Positions 49,801 to 62,185 of a DNA stretch of 64,000 nt are shown here, piece by piece (position 1 is the first letter of the stretch; every line of letters starts with the position of its first letter). The stretch spans positions 22,196,001 to 22,260,000 of the forward strand of contig OZ281496.1 in NCBI GenBank assembly GCA_965637545.1, in the 5' to 3' direction. The DNA is from Phallusia mammillata. Taxonomy: Eukaryota. The notes under the pieces are model-generated. The model had not been told where the DNA came from. It ran no database searches and saw nothing but the letters and a program-made list of their open reading frames with translations. A program made the translations under genes and the position numbers.

Positions 49801-51845
49801 CGCATTTGTGCGCATAAAATTTGAAAAATATTACCCCATAGGTGTAACACATACAATACTCAACAACTGTTAATATTACAGCTTATAATTTAGATTTAAA
49901 TGAATTTCAAAGTGAAAACAACGTTTGCCCCGAAAAGGCAAACTGTTTAAACACGATTGGAAGTTATAAGTGCATTTGCCCACCCGGGACGGAACAATAG
50001 GACTCAAGGTGTTTTGGTAGGATTATACATAACTTTTAGGTTTTCGTTCAAAATATTTTACTCAATGGCAACATTGAACCATGCAAACGGTTAAACATGG
50101 GTGACTGGTTAAAGTTTCACCAGATTAACTAACTTATTTGTAGACATAAACGAATGCTTGGACCTTGATCCAATCTGTACCAAGGATTTAAGTTGCCAAA
50201 ACACGTGCTTAAGTGAAACAAGTTGTCACAACACATATGGAAGTTATGTATGCCAATGTCCACATGGATTTTTTTTTTCAACGGAACAACATGCATAGGT
50301 AACTTGATTTGTTCATATCAGTGCTGTTAAAGTGTCCTTTCTTCTACTGCTTTTTCATATTAAGCACCATTTTATTTCGCCTTCAAGCCCTAAATTATAA
50401 AACTCATAAAAAGTATGTTTTACGGTGCAATTCACGAAATTTGTTGCGGACATATAGTGTGGCGCGACACAATAAAATCATATGTTTCAGCTGTTAATAT
50501 TACAGTTTCTAATTTAGATTTAAATGAAATGTCAAAGAACGTTTGTCCCGAAAAGGTAAACTGTTTAAACACGATTGGAAGTTACAAGTGCATGTGCCCA
50601 TCTGGGACGGAACACAAGGATTCAAAGTGTTTTGGTAGGCTAAAAAATAACGTATTGAGTTTTTATTCAAACTATTTTATTCATTATTCTTTAGCCCAAT
50701 TCAGTTTTGATATTAGAAATGTTGCAAATGTATAATTTTGTTAAAACTACGCCATTATGTCAAATTTTTTGTTGCAATTTAAAGTGCCATCAAATAGTAG
50801 GAAAATGCACTTAGGAAAAACAAAAAAAATATTGTCTTGTAACACTTTTGTGAACAAAACTCGTGTTTTTAATGTTTAAAATTAGGTTTTGACGCTGCTC
50901 GACTTTAAATTAAAGTCTACGCCAGTGGTTCTCAACTCGTTTCAGGCCATGGACCGCCATTCCAATTAAATAAGTATCGTGGACCAGACCCATGTCAAAT
51001 TAGGATAAAAAAGCATCCACAACAAGCGTATTCGCTTGAAATATATTATTTGAATACATAATTTAATTTTATGGAGATATAACACGTAACAACAAAAGGC
51101 CAATAACTCGCATAAGCAATTAATTATACGCAACTAGCCTTTTTTAAATTTAACCCAAAATACAATTAGCGTCCTGTGGACCACCCAAAAAGTCATCTGG
51201 ACGGTCAATGGACCGCCAGTTAAGAACCACTGGTCTACGTAATGTTTTGTATGATTAGATATTAATGAATGTTCGGGAAACCACGTATGTCCTAATACCT
51301 CGTGGTGTATCAACTCATACGGAAGTTACTTCTGTGAATGTAAAAGAGGATACACTGGAGATGGTAACACTTGTACAGGTAATTTAAAAAAGTGCATTTT
51401 ACCGGTATTTAGAATGGGTTTAGAAAAAATGAACATAGATTATCTCTTTTTTGGAGGCCAACGCCTAAAATACGTTACGCCTGCCCCGTTACTTGTCTGT
51501 TGGATAATTTGACATTAGATATTGACGGTTTTAAGGAAGCTGATAACTTTACCTCAATTGAGCTCACTACATTCACTGCGTTAAAGCAATGTCGCAAGTT
51601 AACTGCTTTAAGAAATGTGTTTAAGACGGGATTAGAACCAACAACCTTAAACTCACGAGTTCAAAATAAAATGTTGTGACATTTTTGGTTAAATACTGAA
51701 TAGTTATGCGGTACTACCTTTTTCAGATTTTTCAGAACCAAGCCAGCTTACAAACATTAATAATGTTGTGACCATGACAACCATTGTGGTAATTGCTCTG
51801 TGCTATTGCAGCTACCTTCTGTTTGATGGAAATATTTTGTCCTAA
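46879..51845 (+). pseudogene. EGF-repeat paralogue 2: exons 5-7 disrupted (pseudogene or exon-skipped form)
   Basis: Exons 46879-46945, 47905-48051, 48376-48549, 49386-49538, 49894-50016 (C>F; TAG at 49998-50000), 50144-50298 (T10 vs T8, +2 frameshift), 50518-50634 (net -6 nt, first Cys lost), 51259-51378, 51727-51845. Confidence 0.75.
47045..47580. mobile_element. hAT-type MITE, unit 2 only
   Basis: TIRs cagggatggcgaacc / ggttcgccatccctg; perfect TSD gcctatag. Confidence 0.92.
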
Positions 51846-52717
51846 CCTTGCAACTGAAACAGTGTTCAGTTATACTGTCAAAGAAAATTAAAAAGAAGAA
51901 TAGTTGTGGGCAATTCTTTGTGCAGATTCGTAGTTTAAAATTGAATATTTAATTGAAACTCTACACTTTATTTGACCGTTATGTAAAATGTGTTTTTATC
52001 CGTTACTTCATTTCCTTCCACTGTTCGATGCGTAATTCAAAAAGTTGTGCATTTGTTAAAAATACACGAAGATTTTGTGTATTTTTCTTTACAAAAATAA
52101 ATCATTAACAGAAAAAAAGGAAAAAAATGTCACATGTATTCCACGTCGTAAAAGCAGCAACAGTATAACAGGGATGTATAAATATACAGTGTGCCCCGTT
52201 TTGTTTGTTTTTGTACAAAACAGGTATCGTACCTGAGTAATTCCGTTTCACTTGTGAAAAAGTAGTGCTAATGCAGATTCGAATGCTTTAACTAGCGTTG
52301 GCTATCGCAACATCTTTGGAACGCTGAACGTAGGCCACGCGTAGGTGTAGGTGTATGTCCGGCACGCAAACGATACCATATGTTGACTTACTGTAAAAGG
52401 AAGAGCCTATATGTGCACTATTGTAAGTGTTTGTTTGGCAATCTCTAGCAAAAAGGTTCAAACCTATTAGGAAGCGAATCGATTTTTGAACATTTACAGA
52501 ATGTTCAGGCCACAGGATGGAAAGGAAAATATATTTAGGCTTTTAGTTACGGGGGCGCGAATTTTTAAAACTGTTAGTTCAGTTCACAAACAAAGTCTAA
52601 ATGATAGTGTTATGGCAGCTGATTACCAGGTTATCTCATCACATCTTAACTGCTCTGTTTGCTAAACGTGTTTTGTTTTGTATAGTTCGGAGGTGCTAGT
52701 AGGCTATTCACACTGTT

Positions 52718-55663
52718 ATGGCAGGGATAGTTGTGTTTTTGATCGTTAGCTTTGTTTCAACGCTGGCCACGTCTAATGAACCAGGTAAAAATTAAATAAA
52801 ACAAGTTGTAGTGTAGTAATTTGTGTCCAAGACTTGCAATGTTTGTGTGAATATATGCTAGGCCTATACCTTGGCGCAATTTCCCCTTGATTAATGTCAC
52901 TTCACATTTGTATTTTTTAACTGTTTTGATTTTGAACATGAGGGTAAATAGATCGCACCATCAGCTGTTAGGTGTGCGCGTAAGCAAAGAAATGATAAAG
53001 TAAATGGGACTATAGCCCAAAACGATTTTGAAATTTGTGACTTATCTCCTTTCTTTGTATATATGTGATAGTTTTGTGTTGTTGCAGTTATTATCACGTA
53101 CATAGAACATGCCACTAAACATGACGGATTTGGGGGACATATGATCAGTACGACTGTGCGAAATTTGACGTATCCAACATTGAATCGTGGAAACAACAGC
53201 TATTACACGTTATTAACCGATTCAAAGAACAAAGGAAGTAGGCCAGCAGTGTATTAGCACCAAAGTTATAAGCAAGCCAAAAACCCGACTGTATTGTCTG
53301 ATTTTAGAATTGAAAGTCTAAATTGGGTTTTGAAAGTTGGTAAAATTTAAGACAATATAAGGCCGAGTGTGATATTTATGCCTGAGTAGAGACGTTTTAT
53401 TTCTACTTAAATTTGAACCCGACCGAAAACGCCTACTTAAAAGTCTGCAAATATGACGCCATATTTAAGATAGAACAAAACTGTCGCATTTTCCAGTTTC
53501 AAACATTTGCGAATCTTCTCTTCACGTTTGCGATGCAAATGCAAAATGCGTTTCATTGCAAAATGGAACTTCAATTTACCGTTGTTCGTGCCTAAATGGA
53601 TTCAATAAAACGGCAAGCACTAAAATTTTTGAACCTTTACACATCATTCCACAAGGAACATACTGTCCAGGTAACTAATAAAAGGCATTTGTGATTACGA
53701 TATTTTTTAATGTGTGGTAGGCTACCTTGCAGCTCCTAATTAAAACCGTTTGAAAAATTTGTGTAGTGTTAAAGGTTTATTGGTTCATCTCAAAGTTATA
53801 AGCGGACACAAAGCCCAACGTTCAACCCCAATCCTTTTATGGAAACTAACTGAATTTGTGTCACAAATGTTGAGTTAAGTCAAGCCGGAATCAAGCCCAT
53901 TTTATATATACAGTGTGCCCATTTTATAGGATCTTACGCCCGAACTTTTCGCGACATAACTTTTGTTCAGCTAAATTATCTGTTAACAAACTAGTTATCC
54001 TGAAACATAATATGGAAAAACTCAATTGCCATTGCAGAAAACTTTGATAACTAGAAGGCGAAAAAAATTGGGAAAAGTCTTTCATAATATCTTTCAGATA
54101 TTAACGAATGTATGGACCCTGATCCAATCTGTACCAGGGATTTAAGTTGCCAAAACACTTGCTCAAGTGAATCAAGTTGTCAAAACACAAATGGAAGTTA
54201 TGTATGCGACTGCCCACATGGATTTGTATTCAACGGAACTACATGCATAGGTAACCTGTATTGTTCATTACTCAACGCAGCATAAAACGGTTTTTGCTGA
54301 TTTTAAATTTATCCCTCTGTCGCTGTGTCTGCCTATACACGTGCAAATAATGCATTTGAAAAACTGTGTATATCAGTGCTGTTTATGTCTTTTCTGCACA
54401 CTAAAAAACTATTCGTTTTTATAGGTAACATTTGAAAAATATTACCCAACGGGCATAACACATAGCCTATATATTCAACAACTATTAATATATCAGTTTT
54501 AAATATAGATTTAAATGAATGTCAAAGTGAAATGAACGTTTGTCCCGAAAAGGCAAACTGTTCAAACACAATTGGAAGTTACAAGTGTATATGCCCACCA
54601 AGGACAGAACTCAAGGATTTCAAATGTTTTGGTAGGTCATAAACAAAAATATAAAAAATAACTTTGTTGGTTTTTACTCAAAATATTTTATTTGTTATTC
54701 TTTTGCCCAAATTTGTCTTGATATTAGAAATATTGCAAATGTACGTGTGATAATTGTGTTGAAACTATACGTCACTGTATGTCAAATGTTATGTTGCGTT
54801 TTAAAGTGCTATCAGGTATTAGGAAGATGCACATGGGTAAAAACCATCATTGTCTTATAACAGCACAAAACCCGTATTTTAAATATTTCAAAAATTGATG
54901 ATGATGTTGCCTGCATTTAAAATAGGGTTCACAAAACGCTTTTGCATGATTAGATATTAATGAGTGTTCAGGAAACCACGCATGTCCTAATACCTCGTGG
55001 TGTATCAACTCATACGGAAGTTACTTTTGTGAATGCAAAAGAGGATACGCAGGAGATGGTATCACTTGTACAGGTAATTTGAAAAAAAGTTTATTTTGCC
55101 GATATTTACAATGGGTTTGGAAAAAATGAACGTCTGCAGTGGTGGGATTCGGCCGGTTCGCACCGGTTCTATAGAATCGCCACTGGTCTGTTTTTGTTTT
55201 TGGTGAGCGAACGCCTAGAATGCGTTATACGCCTGTCCCGTTACAGGTCTGTTGGATAATTTTACATGAGATATTGAAGGTTTTCAAGAAATTGGTAACT
55301 TTAACTTAATTTGGCTCACTTCGTTTTGCTGGGTTAAAGCGATGTCGCAAGTTTGCTGCTTTAAGAAATACAAATGGTCAGGACGGGATTAGAACCAACA
55401 ATCTTAACCTCACGAGTTCAAAATTAAATGTTGTGACACTTTTAGTTACATACTAAATAGTCATGCGGTACCACTTTTTTTCAGATTTATCAGAACCAAG
55501 CCAGTTAAAGAAAATAAGTAACATTGTAACCACGACAGCCATTGTGGTAATTGCTATGTGCTACGTTGTAGCTATCTTCTGTTTGATGGAAATATTTTGT
55601 CCCAACCGTGCAACTGAAGCAGTGTTCAGTTATATTTTCAAAGATAATCAAAAAGAAGAATAG
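52718..55663 (+). CDS. EGF-repeat type I membrane protein, paralogue 3 (~321 aa): signal peptide, variable domain, 4 EGF, TM, short tail
   Basis: Exons 52718-52784, 53088-53237, 53497-53670, 54098-54250, 54509-54631, 54954-55073, 55485-55663; open throughout; TM IVTTTAIVVIAMCYVVAIFCLM. Confidence 0.9.
55137..55185. mobile_element. 49-bp minimal GAACCGG-family element, unit 3 only
   Basis: cagtggtgggattcggccggttcgcaccggttctatagaatcgccactg with gtctg on both flanks. Confidence 0.7.
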
Positions 55664-55712
55664 TTGTGGGCAATTCTTTGTGCAAATTTGTAGTTTAAAA
55701 ATGAATGCTTCT

Positions 55713-55812
55713 CTGTAAAAACATCAATCCGATAAATGATAAGCTGCAGACAGTGCACACTGTTTTGAGCTGCACTGATGAGACCTTATAGGTCAAAACA
55801 ACGTGCACTGTC
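55713..55812. mobile_element. 100-bp TSD-flanked insertion containing a family C hammerhead and an inverted copy of its 3' half
   Basis: 11-bp direct repeat tgaatgcttct at 55702-55712 and 55813-55823; hammerhead 55770-55812 on plus with G12>A; homologous to 35257-35334. Confidence 0.8.
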
Positions 55813-56188
55813 TGAATGCTTCTTTATTTTGTATTTACCTGTTACGTCAAATGTTTTGTTAACATCTTTTTTCGTTTGCCTTTAGTTACAGGTTAAATTG
55901 TTCTAAATGTCTTAATGAAAACGATGATTTTTTGCGTGGGTTTATTACAGAAATGAACATTCACAGAAAAAAATTGAAAAATTCGGCAGATATGTATTGC
56001 ACGTCGTAAAAAATAGCAGCAAAAATATAACAGGGATGTATAAATATACAGTGTGCCCCTTTTTGTTTTTGTACAAAACATAAAACTTTACACGATAAAA
56101 ATATTTATACTGAAGATTTGAAACACAATAAACATAAACGCAGATTTTTGATGTCGTACCTTAGAAAAAAAAAACGTTTTAGCAGCTA

Positions 56189-57620
56189 TTACTTTTGATG
56201 CTTCAAAATTGGTATCACGCATGTACAGCCAACTGAAACTTGTACGGTTTCTTTAACATAACTTCTCGAACCACGACGTTTGCGAAATACTTCTACAGAC
56301 ACAGAAAGAGGAACAGACTTTAATGTTCTGGTTTCCTTTTCAGTCTCGGGGTTAATGCACCCACGGCAGAGGCATCTTTTTTCTATGATATAACTCGGTA
56401 TCCTGCAGAAAAAATAAAGCCCTGATTAGCCTATTTCTTTGTTGCCATATTGGCGTTTGGTAGATAAAAAACCAACCGGTGTAAATATCTAACAAGGCAT
56501 TTGATACGATTGTAGATACATATGTAACAGTTGTAAATGGAACGTATTTAGAATGAATACAGAGTATACTTTAGTTGTGCTTTTACGTTTATACAATCTT
56601 TAAGCGTAAAACGACAAAGTTTGCTTTTTTAAACAGCAACTAGAATTGACATATTTTGTACCTTTTTTCTCGTGTACAAAAATACTTTGAATTTTCGATG
56701 GTGTGAGTCAAATGAAAGAATAAATCTTACATATTAATTTCCATAAAGGTTAACCGTACAGAAAACGATCGAGTTTCGATGTAGGTAGGTGTCGGTTATA
56801 ATTTCAATTAAGGAATGAAAACCTGCGTTTCGGTTTTGATAATGTTTAACGTTGAATTACATTTGCGTATTTCGTATGTGTGGGTAGTGTTTTCTATGAA
56901 ACTAACTTCCCGCATAGTTTAGCTATTCAGAATCAACTAGGTTTCGATAAGCAGTTACCTGATTTGAACCTAAAACGGGAAGTATTAAAAGCATGAGGAA
57001 GTGCCTGTAGTACCTGCGTTTGTTGTAATCGATGGTGTCATGGTATGGAGAAAGGCTTCTTTGCCCTGCAGGAAAACTTGCGTTGAAATGTTGCAGACCG
57101 TTGGAAGGGCAATTGTAACGTTGGCCTTTTCGCGACCGTTTTTGAGCTTTTCGCAAAACGCTTTCAGTGACAAGAGCCAAAGATTTCCGGAAAGCCTCGA
57201 GCAATGGATTCGCCATTAGATGTTCACATTCAGTTCTGTAGGAAAATTGTTATGTAGGTTAAGGTTCCTCAAATTGGGGTAAGCACAACGTAAAACGAAA
57301 CCAGAAGTAGTTAAAACTGAATATTTTCAACAGACCCACGAAATACAACTATTTAAAAAGATCTTATTAAAACTTAGCAACTTTTTGACATGCGCAAAAA
57401 GATATACAAAACTATTTGAAAAGACACACTGTACGTGTTATTAACTTGCCTTTATTACCGTTTTAACAACTGTTTATGTATCTACATACCGGTTAACGAT
57501 TTCTGGCACAAGGCATTTGTATTGTTTACGTATCTCTGCCGTTCCTCTGCGTCTGCGATTGCTCGTTGCCATGGCCGTAAGCAGCAAAAACAAAAGCATT
57601 GAAATTGTCAACTTGTCCAT
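56189..57620 (-). CDS. IL17: Interleukin-17 family cytokine, copy 1 (188 aa)
   Basis: Exons 57620-57490 (signal peptide MDKLTISMLLFLLLTAMA), 57235-57014 (CP...GQRSLSPY..IDYNKRR), 56402-56189 (IP...CLCRGC...SVP...VSVGCTCV); phases 2/2. Confidence 0.92.
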
Positions 57621-57672
57621 CTCAAGACCTCTCCGAAATGTCGACTGTCCAAATTGGCATCCCTCACTGCTG

Positions 57673-57680
57673 TTTATATA
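57673..57680 (-). promoter_or_regulatory. Candidate TATA box of IL-17 copy 1
   Basis: TATATAAA on minus, about 55 nt upstream of the ATG. Confidence 0.5.
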
Positions 57681-58557
57681 CTGCCAAGTTCCGTCTTACT
57701 TTATATCAGAGTCATGGGAATTGCGTGGGGGTTGTAAAGCAATTGCGCCATTCAGAAGACATACCAAGGTTCGCGATGATGTAGTAAAGTGTAAATGCGT
57801 GCGTCTATCTTTCGCCTGTTCGCTGTTTCAAATCTCCCTTTTTCCGATTTCGACCTAGGAGAGGGTATTTGTAGCGCAAGTTCCTATAATACATTTATAT
57901 TCAAATTTCCCGTGGCGTGTGAATGCAAGAGGAGCATGAACGTATTGTATACCATTCTAAACCGTATTCAGAAATTCTGGTGTAAAAGGATACCCTTACT
58001 GCGAGTTAAATATATTCACATCGTTACCGGGGTTAGCACTATGACTAAATACAACAACACTTAATGTCACCTACCGATTTTCAATTGTTCTATTTTCACT
58101 GGCGCGACTATATTTGCCTACAAGAAAATAGCGCAATAATTAATCGCATTGTTTAGAATTTATATATCTGGCATACATATACTGTTATTGATTCTATTTT
58201 ATCTATTCTAAAATAAAAACACAAGTATGATTTAAAGTTAATAAAACGACATTATTTTACGACAACGGTCGGCTTTTAGAAGACAAGTCAAAAGTGTCTT
58301 TTTGTGTGTTTACTATCTGATGTTTTTACTTTAGGAGAAAGGGGTGTTCTACACCGTAGATCTGCAAATAGCCGGCGCGACCCACACAAATGGTTCTACC
58401 CACACAAATTAACATCCAACGTCTTATGACCCAAACTACATAAAAGCAACTAAATCAGATCACTTTATTTTCCTTTGTGAAATTTGTCGGTGTTCTAAGT
58501 TTAACAAAAACTAAAACTTTCACAGATGCCACTCCTGCTCTACTGCAAGCGTTTCAG

Positions 58558-58924
58558 CAGGGCTCTTCAACCGAGGTTTTTTAGGGTTTGTAGTAGCAAT
58601 TCAAACAAATGCTTCATGACATTATTGATGCAAACAGTATAGCTCCCCTGCATAGCATGGTTAACCTTCTCTAACATTCTAGTCTGGAGTCACGATTGCA
58701 ATGTTGCCCAATTGTGACGTAATAAACCCAGTCTTGTTACTCTCCGACGAATTGTCAACTATAATTATGTGCTCGGGTGTGTCGGTGAAAAAATGCAGGT
58801 TTCATTCTTGTATGTAGCCTGTTTGTATTATGCTATGTTTTTAACATTATTATTTGGTGGTTCCCGCAAAATTTGACAAAATACCCTAAGGGTTCCTTGT
58901 GACTAATAAAGTTTAATAGCACTG
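58558..58924. mobile_element. Old hAT-like MITE
   Basis: Degenerate TIRs cagggctcttcaac / gtttaatagcactg (11/14); TSD decayed. Confidence 0.45.
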
Positions 58925-59546
58925 CTATACAGCAGGTGCGCATTATGAAAGTTAGAGTACAACAGTAATATAATAAATCAGGATTGGCAAAACCATTGAG
59001 CTACAACAAACCAACAAAGCGAAAATCCCTAAGAAAGTAAACAGATTTACTTGGTGTACATCGAGTCGCATGTTTACTTTCATGTACTTCTGCAAACAGA
59101 AAACACGAAGAAAAGTGTTCGTTACAAAAACACGTTTGGAATTTTTGCGAATTAAAGTTTAAGCACTTGCGACCCAAATTTCCGGACCACTGTTGTAAAC
59201 AAGCACTAATACAAACTTAACAACAAAGGATATTGGCTGTTGCATTACAAACTGTTTCATGTCATGTATATAGGGTTTGTCGTACAAATGACCACAAAAA
59301 TGTTTAGATTTGTGCTCTTTTTTCCTCACCCATGCTATCACATGTAATATTGCAAATCCGGCCTTTTTTGATTCAGCAAATAATTGTTTTGTTTGTGTTT
59401 GTATCTAAAGCCATGGAAGTTCAAAAAAGTTGGCTCTAAATATGTCAGTCGTATTTGTGACAACGAAAGTATTTATTCTTTACTTTGCTTATTTTAACAC
59501 AGTGTGCACCAATCAAGCCAACATGTCTGATTCGGTCGACCAGAAC

Positions 59547-59681
59547 CAGACAAAATCATCTTTAGATTGTCCAGGGTTCAAAGTTTGAAAAAGCAGGGCT
59601 TCCTTAAATGTTAACAGACAAAATCATCTTTAGATTGTCCAGGGTTCAAAGTTTGAAAAAGCAGGGCTTCCTTAAATGTTA
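59547..59681. repeat. Perfect 67-bp tandem duplication
   Basis: 59547-59613 identical to 59615-59681. Confidence 0.95.
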
Positions 59682-60377
59682 GATTGTTTACATACTGTGA
59701 CGTTGTTGCCTAAAATTTGACGTTGTTCCTGAAATATCGTTCTGGGTTTATAAAAAGCAAACAGTTGCACTTGTTACTGTCTCAGATACCGAGTTAATTT
59801 TAAACGGGTCAAACAGAGTGCAATGTCTTGTGGGGTCTTGTAACCAAGATAGATTGGACATTAGACGTACGATCTCTCTAAAGGCATTTCCTGAATAATC
59901 ATGCCAGCTTGGTGCTAATAATAAACCACGTTCTGGGAATGTTAAACGTGACTCTACTGTCACTTCTTTCGATTGGCAATTTTGCTTGAATTGAAATTGA
60001 AACTTTTCCACGTTTTTTAGAAGATTATGGGTTGAGGTTAGGTTGTCTTAGGGAAAACCCAATTCCGATACTTTACCTCACGACGCAACTGGGTTTTGGC
60101 ATAAAGCTATTAATTTGAACACGATTTGAAATGCCCCGAAAGTAAATCTCACGTGCACGATTGGTTCTAAATACGCTGCACTGTCAAAAGGGCGTTGTGT
60201 TGGTTACTAAAAGTTTTGCAAAACTAACGCTTGCACAACCCAACGTAAGACACGAATTTTTTATTCAAAACTGCAAAATTAATAAAAAAGTACTAAGCAT
60301 AAAAAGATAGAAAATGATGATTTACAAATAAAACTGTTTTGGTATACTTTTAAAAAAAAGATAGTTGGGCAAAGGTG

Positions 60378-61348
60378 TTACGACTGAGGCTGTTTTCGTT
60401 TCTCAATAATGCAAGTACACCCAACTGTTATGTCGATGATCTCTGGTACAAAAACGTTGTTTATGTTTCGTTTAAATACCATGACTTTTACTGTAAGCTT
60501 GACAGATTTCAGCATTTTTGTTTCCCTTAAAGTCATCGGGTTGATGCAACCCTTGCAAAGACATTCTGCTTGTGAAATGTATCGCGGAATCCTACAAAAT
60601 ACAAATTGATAGTAAGAACACTAGACCTTGCATTGCGGAGAGGGGCTTAATAAAAAAATGGTTGCAGTTTTATATTTGATTAAGAATTTGCACCTTTTAT
60701 ATGTAAACCGTGACATGACCTCCAGTGGTCTTCTTGTTATTGGTATATATAGGCTAAGCTATATTCTGTACTATATTCTGTTTGGTAAAACTTAACGCAT
60801 AGTGAATAGAACAACCCAAAATGCTTCATGCCACAATGCAATTAGTTATAAACCTTGCAAATAGTCAAGTTAGTGTATACCTGTTGGAATCATAGTCGAC
60901 CACATTCTCGTAAGGTGATAAACTTCGCTCTCCATTAGTTAAATGTGGATTCAGTAGGTAGCCGTGTCGAAAACTTGGGCATTTTATTTTCTTGTTAACA
61001 GCATTGCGCAAAGCCTCTGGAGCAGATTGCATGAGTCTCATATGGGAAGCGGCCAAAATTGAATTGTTCATGATTTCAAGACAATCCGTACTGTAAAACC
61101 AAATAAAACACAACCTTGTCAATTTCAACCTAGACTTAGTGTATTTTCTTGAAGAAAAAGACCTTGACATCACGTGGTGTACATTACCTGTTAAGATTTC
61201 TATTGTCACACTCATAATCTTTTCTCACTTCTTCGCGAACTTTCTCCTCACCAGAGCGACGTTTACTAGTTTGCTCCAAAGCCACAAGACCCATCATAAC
61301 AAAAAATATAACGACCAAAAAAACTAAAAGTTTATTGACATCTACCAT
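60378..61348 (-). CDS. IL17: Interleukin-17 family cytokine, copy 2 (194 aa)
   Basis: Exons 61348-61188 (signal peptide), 61090-60881 (CP...GERSLSPY..VDYDSNR), 60591-60378 (IPRYISQAECLCKGC...ITVGCTC). Confidence 0.92.
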
Positions 61349-62185
61349 TATCTTTGTTTAGAAGTTGTGCTAATTATTATAGGATCAGAAAAACTATTTT
61401 CTTTCGACTTTGTAGGACTTCAAGATGCGTATGTTTTATTCGTGACAAAGTTGCTCCATTTTATACCGAAATTGAAAGCTTCAGAAACGAAACAATTCCG
61501 CTTTGTAGTAAGGTTGTAAAGTTCCATCTAAAAATCCAAGGAATTAGAATTATTACGCAAATACCAGCAAAGGAGTGGAATTTTTTTGGAAAGCCGACAG
61601 TTCCGGTAAGTGGCGCTGTAACACAATGACGCGAGCCTAGTAGCTGGGTTTGTTATCATGCAAATAAACGTTAAATATCATCACCAAACGACAGTTGCAA
61701 ATAAATTACCATGGATTAGATGCATCACGAAACAAACCGTGTATTTTGCCTCAGTCTTTTTGTACAATAAACAGTTAGAACTGACTTTGCGTTGAAAGTC
61801 ACAGGCCTTACTCTGTTTCCGCATTGGTCACATGGTTCTATTAATAGCAATTTAATGAATGAAACGATAACACGCATTAGGATTGGTCCGTAACATAGAA
61901 TATGTTGGTAAACATTGTTGAGTCATAAACCACGTATTTCTCAACTTGTGTTTAAAGCAGATCGCCCCAGAGTGGCGCGTTGATAAAAACGGAATCGAAC
62001 CATGAACTCTTTTTTTATTCACTCGCATGACGTTTGGTGAACTTTATCGGGGTTTCACTTTTAAACATGTTTAACCACGTAAAGCTTATTTCTTGGTTCT
62101 AATCTCATGACCCGCAACAAGGAACGGTTAGAACCCGAGATCGTCAAGGCAACTAACTTTGGAGATTTGTCCAGTCCCCACCGGT

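Larger units (their letters stand above)
40010..56230. repeat. Tandem segmental triplication (~6 kb units)
   Basis: Units about 40010-46185, 46196-52230 and 52235-56230. Units 1 and 2 align at offset ~6600 and are near-identical from exon 3 onward. Confidence 0.95.

Noticed and set aside
40712-55663. Single giant fibrillin/Notch-like gene spanning all EGF exons
   Set aside because: Each unit has its own ATG-signal peptide exon, upstream conserved block and stop-containing terminal exon.
58000-60300. A fourth IL-17 between copies 1 and 2 (ORFs 59159-59341, 59748-60011)
   Set aside because: No RSLSP, CxCxxC or GCTC motifs in the frames examined.
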